A stretch of 64,000 bases of DNA from positions 26,091 through 90,090 of IMG/VR virus record IMGVR_UViG_2802429733_000002. One strand, given 5' to 3'. Positions 29,185 through 35,889 of this stretch are shown here, piece after piece. The stretch is from a virus (lineage: Duplodnaviria; Caudoviricetes). A program made the position numbers and the translations under genes. Position 1 is the first letter of the stretch; the number at the start of each line of letters is the position of its first letter. The notes under the pieces were generated by a model, which ran no database searches, was not told the DNA's origin, and saw only the letters and a program-made list of their open reading frames with translations.

Positions 29185-29915
29185 CCTCACGACGGCTCGA
29201 TGCAGAGCGCCGCTCTACCGATTGCAGCTATGGGTCAGTCGGAACCAACGCCATCGGGGCTCGAACCCGAACGTAGAGGACAGGCCGTCGCCAGCCGTGC
29301 CCCGTCACGCTCCGCATCGAACTGGTGAACTCGTGCAATTTCTGCACGGGTTGGATGAATCGAGCAGGCCGGGCTCTCTCGGCTTGTAGCGCGGGGCCTA
29401 TCGGATGTTCGGCCCAACTTGGAGCGGGTTCACCGCCGTCAATGCGCGCGCCGCGCTTCCATCAGCGCCGCTGCTCGAACTGTTTCTCGCGGGCTGGACC
29501 GCTCGCTTCCCACCCCGGCTTGGATCAGGCTTCGGTGGTTCAGCGTCCAGCACCGAAGTGCTGCCTACCACTCCCAGCCATCACCTCACGGGCCTAAGCC
29601 TCGTCCGTCCGCCGCGAGAACTCGTAAAGCCTGAGCCGCTTTCGTTTAGAAGCGGGGGAGGCTTGGAAAGGATAGATGCGGGCCGGCCTCGACAACCGGC
29701 TCATCCCCGGGGGAAGGATTCGAACCAACGATCCCGGCACGTCGTACAAAGCCGGTGGCATAGCTCACCCAGGAGGGTGGTTTCCGCTTGCCTACCCCGC
29801 AGATGCCGAGGGTGACGAACCTCTCGGGACACGCCCTTCCGTGCTGCCGCATCTCCGATCCGGCTACAGACTAAGGCTCGACCGCGCAACGGTCCGCCAA
29901 CTGCCTGCCGTATCG
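29185..29915 (-). ncRNA. Candidate large structured non-coding RNA downstream of the tRNAs
   Basis: No credible ORF; nested helices (e.g. 29360-29367/29471-29478, 29674-29681/29847-29854, 29530-29537/29551-29558), a GNRA loop, T-loop-like and D-loop-like motifs. Confidence 0.55.
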
Positions 29916-29918
29916 AAC

Positions 29919-29995
29919 TGGTAGCAGGTGCCCGAGTTGAACGGGCTTGGTTCTGGTTATGAGCCAGACGAGATGACCGCCACCTCCCACCTGCG
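29919..29995 (-). tRNA. tRNA with CAT anticodon, initiator-like (fMet)
   Basis: CGCAGGT..ACCTGCT-A-CCA, anticodon arm TCTGG-CTCATAA-CCAGA, C1:T72 mismatch and A11-T24 pair. Confidence 0.85.
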
Positions 29996-30001
29996 ATAAA
30001 C

Positions 30002-30076
30002 TGGATCGGGATGCTGGCTTCGAACCCGCATCTCCGGAGCCAAAATCCGGCGTGCTGCCTATTGCACCAATCCCGA
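30002..30076 (-). tRNA. tRNA-Gln(TTG)
   Basis: TCGGGAT/ATCCCGA acceptor, CCGGA-TTTTGGC-TCCGG anticodon arm, GGTTCGAAG T loop, encoded CCA. Confidence 0.9.
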
Positions 30077-30097
30077 GGGATCAGCGCTGCTGTTGAG

Positions 30098-30176
30098 TGG
30101 TCGGGCCGGCCGGATTCGAACCGGCGGGCTCCTCTGTCCGAGAGAGGCGGGAACGACCTGACTTCCCCACGCCCCG
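30098..30176 (-). tRNA. tRNA-Pro(CGG)
   Basis: CGGGGCG..CGGCCCG-A-CCA, CCTCT-CTCGGAC-AGAGG anticodon arm, GGTTCGAATCC. Confidence 0.9.
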
Positions 30177-30268
30177 AAGGGCTGGGTATGGGAGGCCTTC
30201 ACGTTCCTTCATGCCGGCCTCCTGTCGATTGTCGCGGCGCCCCAAGCGCAGAAATCAGATGTGCGCCT

Positions 30269-30296
30269 TTCATATCCGCTCAATCGCAGGCGTCAA
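30269..30296 (-). promoter_or_regulatory. Candidate sigma70 promoter for the tRNA/ncRNA unit
   Basis: TTGACG-N16-TATGAA about 90 nt upstream of tRNA-Pro. Confidence 0.4.
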
Positions 30297-30383
30297 CGTT
30301 GATAAGCGCTGTTTATCATAGACGGCTACATCGATCATTTCTCATTATCGAGAAGCCGCACGGCAAAATCCGCGACAAAGTGT

Positions 30384-30665
30384 TCAACGCCGGTTTCGAG
30401 CCGCCCTCGCAGTACGTCCGAAGGGCGTGAAGCGGACCTTGCGCTTGCCCGACGCTCGAATGCGTTCGCCGGTGCGAAAGTCCAAAGCATCGCGATCCGG
30501 CATTTCTTTAATCGCGAATTTCCCGAAGCCAAAAATACACACCTCGCCATCGCGACTGATCCCGGCCTGGATCTGTCGGAAGCCGGCCCGCAGCACGCGC
30601 TCGACCTTAGTCCGCGGCCAGCACGTCTCCCGCCGCACCGCCTCAACAAGCTCCGGAAACGTCAT
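30384..30665 (-). CDS. HU/IHF-family DNA-binding protein
   Basis: MTFPELVEAV..GEVCIFGFGKF..RTGERI..RKVRFTP matches the HU/IHF pattern. Confidence 0.88.
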   Translation of the reverse strand: MTFPELVEAVRRETCWPRTKVERVLRAGFRQIQAGISRDGEVCIFGFGKFAIKEMPDRDALDFRTGERIRASGKRKVRFTPFGRTARAARNRR

Positions 30666-30789
30666 CTCGACCTCCAACTGAGCCCTCATTTATCCGGGCC
30701 GAGTATCGCGATTTGACCATCCTGGCGAGCCCCGTCAATCCCTACGCGCTGTTCTTGTACAACAACCTGTCTGATTGAATTTGGTATAG

Positions 30790-30870
30790 GCCGAGAAAAA
30801 TTCTGCAAATGGCCCCCGATGCGGTCGCTAGCCCCCTGATCTCCTAGACTTTTGCCTCCCCCTCCCCCTT
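30790..30870 (-). other. Putative cos / packaging-initiation region
   Basis: Minus strand GGGGGAGGGGGAGGCAAAAGTCT..GACCGCATCGGGGGCC..GCAGAATTTTT resembles the G-run/AAAAGT/GACCG/A-T-tract layout seen before terS in HK97-like phages; pattern recognition only. Confidence 0.45.
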
Positions 30871-30900
30871 TTCTTTTTTGCTTTTGCTTTCGTTTTTCTA

Positions 30901-30930
30901 TTGACGACTCTGCATTGGCGGACACATATA
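30901..30930 (+). promoter_or_regulatory. Candidate promoter for the plus-strand accessory genes
   Basis: TTGACG then CATATA 18 bp later, after a T-rich tract. Confidence 0.35.
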
Positions 30931-31105
30931 GCCGTCATGAGGCGCGGCGATGGGGCGGGCGCCTTGGGGAGGATCGGAGGGGAGAGGACGAAGGGAGGCG
31001 AGCGCAGCGCCTTGATGCTCTGAGGAGCTTCACACGGTGCGCTTGACCAGCGGACCCCGTGACCGCCGTACGCGGTCGGATACGGCCCAACCCGGAGTGA
31101 TGGCC

Positions 31106-31201
31106 ATGGTCATGGTCACGTTGCGGGTCACCAAGAAAGGAAAGGACCGCTGGAGTGTTACGCTCCGAGCGGTCCTGACCTGGCTACCTTGGATGACCTA
31201 G
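31106..31201 (+). CDS. Candidate small toxic peptide MVMVTLRVTKKGKDRWSVTLRAVLTWLPWMT (31 aa)
   Basis: GGAG SD 8 nt upstream; SD region is complementary to 31243-31254. Confidence 0.45.
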   Translation: MVMVTLRVTKKGKDRWSVTLRAVLTWLPWMT

Positions 31202-31250
31202 CCGCTTAGCGCGGCGTGGTGGTCGGGCTGCAACCCCGGCCACCATCACT
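31135..31250 (-). ncRNA. Candidate antisense sRNA to the small peptide gene
   Basis: Own promoter TTGCCG-N17-TATATT (31285-31257); ends in hairpin AGGACCGCT..AGCGGTCCT plus TTCCTTTCTT. Confidence 0.45.
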
Positions 31251-31256
31251 CCGGAG

Positions 31257-31285
31257 AATATAGCGGGCCGCACGCATTGCGGCAA
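31257..31285 (-). promoter_or_regulatory. Sigma70-type promoter
   Basis: TTGCCG-17 bp-TATATT. Confidence 0.6.
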
Positions 31286-31349
31286 GCGGCTCGGGGCGGC
31301 GCGCCAACGCCGATCCCGAGCCTGACCTAGACACGATGGAGCGACCATC

Positions 31350-31946
31350 ATGACCAAGGCTGAGATCACCACTACCACGACGCGTGAGGATGCAGAACGC
31401 AAGATGCAGCGTCAGGCGGACGTGCTCGTCCAACGTGAAGTGCTCGTCTGCATGTCGAGCCTCGTGGCCACGCTTGCGCAGGGCTTCGGCTTCATCAATC
31501 CCGATGGCGGGCCTGTCCGCCGGGAGCTTTCTGCCCTCGCCGAACAGGCAGCGGAACTCGCCTCACCCATCGCTGACTACGAAGAGGCGGCGCGCAACGC
31601 CGGATGGAGCGTCATAGGCGGCGACTTCGAAAACATGTCGCTTGCGAGCACCGTTGACCATCCGGAAGACGCCGTCGCTACGGCCAGCCCGGGCGACGCC
31701 TGCGGATGGGAGGACCTCTGCGAAGAGTTTGGCCTCGATGCCTACGAAAGCGAGGTGTTCGAGCACTGGTCCGTGACCGAATGGCTCGCCGGCAAGCTGG
31801 AGGAGCAAGGCGAGAAAGTCGACCGCGACTTCGCTGGCCTCTGCATTTGGGCTCGCACCACGACCGGGCAGGCGATCGGCATGGACGGGTGCATCCGCGC
31901 TATCGTCCAGGCGACCGACTATGCCTCCGCGGAGGCCGCCGCGTGA
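31350..31946 (+). CDS. Conserved-looking phage hypothetical protein
   Basis: 198 aa with SD; EVFEHWSVTEWLAGKL..IWARTTTGQAI motif. Confidence 0.75.
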   Translation: MTKAEITTTTTREDAERKMQRQADVLVQREVLVCMSSLVATLAQGFGFINPDGGPVRRELSALAEQAAELASPIADYEEAARNAGWSVIGGDFENMSLASTVDHPEDAVATASPGDACGWEDLCEEFGLDAYESEVFEHWSVTEWLAGKLEEQGEKVDRDFAGLCIWARTTTGQAIGMDGCIRAIVQATDYASAEAAA

Positions 31947-32074
31947 TGCCCGCCGCTCTCCATGGGCCGGATTGCGCCGGCCCTCGCTTCCCGCTCGGCG
32001 ACGTGCTCGCCGCTTTCGTCCTCGTCTACGGTGGAGCCTTCATGATCGGCTTCGCCACGCTCATGGGAGGGTGA
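31946..32074 (+). CDS. Small membrane peptide (42 aa)
   Basis: TGATG coupling; hydrophobic VLAAFVLVYGGAFMIGFATLM. Confidence 0.5.
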   Translation: MPAALHGPDCAGPRFPLGDVLAAFVLVYGGAFMIGFATLMGG

Positions 32075-32078
32075 GGCT

Positions 32079-32270
32079 ATGGACCACGATGTTTCGAACT
32101 GGCGTTGGGCACCGTTCCGGATCGCGGGCAAGCGCGTGCGGATCGGGAACGATGCGGATGGCTGGACGCATCTCGCAATCGGCAAGTGGTGCCGGGTCTC
32201 GCATCGGTCGCGCGATGGTGCGATTCGCACTGCTCGGCTGATGCTCGAAGGGGCAACCGCCTCAGCCTGA
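32079..32270 (+). CDS. Hypothetical protein
   Basis: 63 aa, GAGG SD. Confidence 0.55.
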   Translation: MDHDVSNWRWAPFRIAGKRVRIGNDADGWTHLAIGKWCRVSHRSRDGAIRTARLMLEGATASA

Positions 32271-32418
32271 CGCGACCCGAGGGCGCCAGCCCGGCGCCTT
32301 CCAGCCGCTTCATGCGGGCCGGCCGATAGCCGGCTGATTCCGACAATCCCGAGACGATGAAGGCCGCGCGTCCCGCGATGGCCAACGGGCGAGCGCGCCC
32401 GAACGAAGGACCACGACC

Positions 32419-33936
32419 ATGGCCTATGTCGATTCCGTGGAAGCATCTGCGACGGCGCCGCGCGAGCCGGTGGACGCGTTCGGCCCGATCTATCCCGCTC
32501 TCAACGCGACGGTGGCAAAGGGCCGGCGGGTTGCCGATCCGACACGGGAGCAGCGGCGCGCGCATGGCGAGGCCGTCGGCGCGGCGATTCGCGAACTGCA
32601 GCGGCGCGAGCTGCAGCGTGAGGCGCCTCCGCATCGGTGCCCGTGCGCTAGCGGCACCTGGCATTCGGGCGATGACCTGACGAAGGCGATTCGTCGCCAG
32701 CATGACGCGGCGCTGCAAGCCCAGGCGAAGGCGGACCGGGCACGGCGGACCGATGCACAGGTGATGGCGCAGTATGAGGCGGCCATGGCGGAGCGGCGCG
32801 CCCAGGAAGCGGCGCTCGCGGCGGGCGGGGGTCGTATAGCGGAATCGGAGGCCGCCCGTCCTGTGAAGTCGAGCGCCCGCGGGCGGGATCCCATGGAAGC
32901 CGCCGTGATGAAGGCGGATCCCGCATTGCTGCGGGATGTCCTGCGGCGGGAGCCCGCCGGCCGCCTTCGTGATCTCGCCGCGGCGCGCCTGGTCGAACTC
33001 GAGGCGGGGCCCGGTCCTGTAGCGGCATCGGATGAGCCCGCGCCGGCCCTACAGGTTGGGCGGGAGAATCGAAATGGCTCTGTAGCGGCGGGCGATGCCT
33101 CGGATGCGGCTCCTCGCGGAACGATTGAGAAAGCGGAGGACGACGGCTCGCTCGTCTCGGCCCCGATGCTCGTCCGCGACCCCGTATGCCCGCCAGCAAC
33201 GTCCGGAGAGGCATGCGTGGCCGATATGGGGATTCCCATAACGGGCGAAGCCGCAGCGGCCGCGCTCGACGACGCGGAGTGCCGGGAAGGCCCCGATAGC
33301 CCTGTACGGGCGTCTGAAGGCGTCCGGCGCCTTGGCGAGGCCGGAGGGTCCTGTACGGTCGTGTCAGGATCAGGCGGACCAAACGATCGTCGGTCGGGCC
33401 TCGCCGATGCGATCCGAATGCCGAGCGATCCAGTCGCGCGCGGCCTGGCGCGCCTTGGGCTGGGTTTCGCGAGAGACGTGCAGGTTGGGGATGCTCGGGC
33501 AGGTGTAGACGTGCTGGTCGCCTTCCTGGGCGTGGACGAGCCGGACCTTTGGCGCTCCGGGCTGCATACGGCCGCCTCAGGCCTCTCGCTGCCAGCGGGC
33601 ATGCTCTCCGCACCATCCGGAGACCCGCAGGATCGCCGTCATCGCCTTCAGCTTCGCGGACTCCCGACTCCATGCGACCTCGAGCAGCCAATCCGCGTCC
33701 GGGCTCGTCGCGACGGTGCGGCCGTCAGGGAGAGGATTGAAGACCAGCCGGATCGTGCCGCGCTGGCGGATGGCGAGCGCCGCCGCTTCCTGCGCGTCGC
33801 GGACGATGACCGAGGGATCGAGGGCGCTCATGGCCTCGCACTCTATCAGGGCTGGCCGCCTTGGATAGACCGTCCTGTAGGGGCGTGGTGTAGTGGTGAG
33901 ATCGATCGCGGGAGGGCGCAGTGTTCGGAAGACTGA
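32419..33936 (+). CDS. Hypothetical protein; N-terminal ~200 aa plausible, 3' third overlaps antisense genes
   Basis: 505-aa ORF with GAAGGA SD; helical Ala/Arg-rich N-terminus with HRCPC. Confidence 0.45.
   Translation: MAYVDSVEASATAPREPVDAFGPIYPALNATVAKGRRVADPTREQRRAHGEAVGAAIRELQRRELQREAPPHRCPCASGTWHSGDDLTKAIRRQHDAALQAQAKADRARRTDAQVMAQYEAAMAERRAQEAALAAGGGRIAESEAARPVKSSARGRDPMEAAVMKADPALLRDVLRREPAGRLRDLAAARLVELEAGPGPVAASDEPAPALQVGRENRNGSVAAGDASDAAPRGTIEKAEDDGSLVSAPMLVRDPVCPPATSGEACVADMGIPITGEAAAAALDDAECREGPDSPVRASEGVRRLGEAGGSCTVVSGSGGPNDRRSGLADAIRMPSDPVARGLARLGLGFARDVQVGDARAGVDVLVAFLGVDEPDLWRSGLHTAASGLSLPAGMLSAPSGDPQDRRHRLQLRGLPTPCDLEQPIRVRARRDGAAVRERIEDQPDRAALADGERRRFLRVADDDRGIEGAHGLALYQGWPPWIDRPVGAWCSGEIDRGRAQCSED
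33370..33567 (-). CDS. Small protein with HicB-N-like pattern
   Basis: VRLVHAQEGDQHVYTCPSIPNLHVSRET..ARQAARDWI. Confidence 0.5.
   Translation of the reverse strand: MQPGAPKVRLVHAQEGDQHVYTCPSIPNLHVSRETQPKARQAARDWIARHSDRIGEARPTIVWSA
33577..33831 (-). CDS. Small protein with HicB-N-like pattern
   Basis: IRLVFNPLPDGRTVATSPDADWLLEVAWSRESAKLKAMTAI. Confidence 0.5.
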   Translation of the reverse strand: MSALDPSVIVRDAQEAAALAIRQRGTIRLVFNPLPDGRTVATSPDADWLLEVAWSRESAKLKAMTAILRVSGWCGEHARWQREA

Positions 33937-34319
33937 AGCAGCGGTGGGCAGAGGCGAGAGGGGACGTCTTGCTCAAGGAAGTTGACGACGCCATACAGCG
34001 CGTGTCCAGGTTCCCGCCGCCCCTGCGACACTTCGCATCGACTGCTTTCCATGGCGCACTTGGGGATCTCACGAGCGGTAACGGCCCGGTGCGAACCTGG
34101 CATCCGGATATGAGGAAGCAAGCCGCCACGGAACTCAATCGGGCATCGCGACAGCTCTTTCGCAGCGCCACCGACAACGCTATCGGCGAGGCCTCAGTCG
34201 CCAGCTCTTGCGGCGGGGCGATATTGTCTCGCTACTTCGAAGCTCTAGACCTGCCCGGCACCCAGGCAGCAGACGCGGTTAAGATGATTGAATCCTGGGC
34301 CGAGATCGAGGGTTCGTAG
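33921..34319 (+). CDS. Hypothetical protein
   Basis: 132-aa helical ORF (GTG start), AT-richer codon use. Confidence 0.6.
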   Translation: MFGRLKQRWAEARGDVLLKEVDDAIQRVSRFPPPLRHFASTAFHGALGDLTSGNGPVRTWHPDMRKQAATELNRASRQLFRSATDNAIGEASVASSCGGAILSRYFEALDLPGTQAADAVKMIESWAEIEGS

Positions 34320-34488
34320 ATCCCCCGGGCGCTGAGCCTCGCTTGGCCTGCACTGCCCGTGACCCACACACGCTGCACACGAGCCGCTTCGTCAGCCGGA
34401 CGAGCGGCGGATCGTCGGGGTGCACCTCCCGCGTCGCCGTATGGCCACACCGAAGGCAGGTGATAATCGTAACGGGGCGGTCTGCCAT
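34279..34488 (-). CDS. Small Zn-ribbon protein
   Basis: CLRCGH..LVCSVCGSR (two CxxC). Confidence 0.7.
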   Translation of the reverse strand: MADRPVTIITCLRCGHTATREVHPDDPPLVRLTKRLVCSVCGSRAVQAKRGSAPGGSTNPRSRPRIQSS

Positions 34489-34535
34489 AACCGTCCTATA
34501 GTGGTGATTGAAGGTGAAGGGGTCGTGTAGGGGCG

Positions 34536-35216
34536 CTATCTGCGTCCGGCCTGTTGTGCGGCCGCATCAATCCAGCGGCCGATGTTCGCCGCGCCCGCGT
34601 TCCTCCAGTCGTACTCCATTGCGAAGCTGCTAAGCTCCATGATCTGGCCCCGACCCGGCGCCCGGATGTAGCGCGGCACACTGACAGGATCTCGGTGCCG
34701 CGCATATTGAACCCAGTTTCCGGCTACGCCTTCTCTCTCGCAGAGATAGAAGCGACCGCCCGCTTCATAAATACCCATATACCAGAGCGGGTTTGGTCCA
34801 TTTCCGTCGGGGCTCCTGCGAGCGTGGTGATTGATCCCATTGATGTGAACCACGAGCAGCCCCTTATTGTTTATGACGCTGCGCGCGATCTCATATCGCA
34901 CCCATGGCCGCTCCCATGTCATCGATCCTGCCAGTACGCAGACGACCGAGGTGTTCTTCACCCCTTGCCGGATCATTTGGCGAAGGGCCTCCTCGCCTTC
35001 CAGCTTCTTCTTCTCCCACAAGGACGCGTCGTAAAACTCGATCCCCCGGCCTCCGCCGCCTAGTATGGTGCCGCTGAATTCTTGACACATGCGAACATTG
35101 TTGACGCGCATGATGTCGGCGTAATGGAACGAGAAGAACACCCTTCGGTTCTTTAAGATTCCTAGACCACTCATGCCGCCGTAGATCAGCGGATTGCCGC
35201 CGAACGGCCTACCCAC
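34536..35216 (-). CDS. TIR-domain protein, Thoeris ThsB-like (DUF1863/MTH538 type); start may be ATG 35174
   Basis: RVFFSFHY..SVVCVLAG..TWERPWVRYEI (catalytic Glu intact)..KGLLVVHI..IGRWIDAAA. Confidence 0.88.
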   Translation of the reverse strand: MGRPFGGNPLIYGGMSGLGILKNRRVFFSFHYADIMRVNNVRMCQEFSGTILGGGGRGIEFYDASLWEKKKLEGEEALRQMIRQGVKNTSVVCVLAGSMTWERPWVRYEIARSVINNKGLLVVHINGINHHARRSPDGNGPNPLWYMGIYEAGGRFYLCEREGVAGNWVQYARHRDPVSVPRYIRAPGRGQIMELSSFAMEYDWRNAGAANIGRWIDAAAQQAGRR

Positions 35217-35643
35217 AGAACTGCCTCCTCGCCACGATAAAGAACAGCGCCAGCAACAGAGCTATGCAGCCGTAGAAATTCAGAATCGACCAGCTGCAGC
35301 AAGTCCGCCAGAACCCGATAGGCTCGCCCTTCGAAGGGTCGATAGTGAAGTCGGGCACCGCCGACCATGGTTCCGAAGCGGCCGATCGATAGAGGCCGCG
35401 GAAACGCTTCTCCATCCGCAGGTACTGCGCGTCGAGGAGCGCGAACCCCAGGATCGGGAGGAAGCCGACGAGGAGCACCAACGGCGCCTTGAGGGTGAGC
35501 GCGGCGCCAACGACCGCCGTGAGAACGGTCATGCAGAAGGTCTTCAAGCTGGCGCTATACGACGCCATGCGCGCGATGCTTCCGGTAAGCAGTTCGAGCC
35601 GCTTCACGCGCAGATCGGCGATCTTGTCTTCGGAAATGCCCAT
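35209..35643 (-). CDS. Membrane protein (3 hydrophobic segments), putative effector paired with the TIR gene
   Basis: RLELLTGSIARMASYSASLKTFCMTVL..FALLDAQYLRMEKRFRGLY..WSILNFY; overlaps the TIR gene start. Confidence 0.8.
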   Translation of the reverse strand: MGISEDKIADLRVKRLELLTGSIARMASYSASLKTFCMTVLTAVVGAALTLKAPLVLLVGFLPILGFALLDAQYLRMEKRFRGLYRSAASEPWSAVPDFTIDPSKGEPIGFWRTCCSWSILNFYGCIALLLALFFIVARRQFCG

Positions 35644-35714
35644 TGCCCGATGGGACCACCGTCGACCGCCGAACTCAAGAGGCTGTATCGTTGACTCCCA
35701 CATTCATTTCATGA

Positions 35715-35729
35715 GAACAAAATGCGAAC
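35715..35729 (-). promoter_or_regulatory. Alphaproteobacterial LexA (SOS) box
   Basis: Plus strand GAAC-AAAATGC-GAAC (minus strand GTTCGCATTTTGTTC) = GTTC-N7-GTTC consensus, ~70 bp upstream of the membrane gene. Confidence 0.7.
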
Positions 35730-35889
35730 TTAAATCGGGAGAGCCCCTAATGCTGGTCCTGGCCACGGATGGCGGCAAGCGCGTACCCAAGACCGTCGCG
35801 CTCGATGGAATGCCTCGCCCGTCGAGAGATCGTCGCGGGTGCATGGGCGTAGGATCCGAAGGCGACCTATGCTGTGAACTGAGAGGCCT

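Noticed and set aside
29190-29790. Additional tRNA genes (Cys-like at ~29190-29237, Thr/Tyr-like at ~29703-29775, another at ~29520-29590)
   Set aside because: Each has only one or two arms, oversized anticodon loops and no CCA end; better treated as parts of the larger structured RNA, although decayed tRNAs cannot be excluded
30686-30925. 79-aa ORF MSANAESSIEKRKQKQKRKGGGGG
   Set aside because: Translation of the homopolymeric cos-like/T-rich tract; no SD or protein-like composition
30960-31000. CCTCC-rich tract resembling cuckoo-type sRNA motifs
   Set aside because: No repeated hairpins presenting the motif in loops; may simply be purine skew next to the cos-like region
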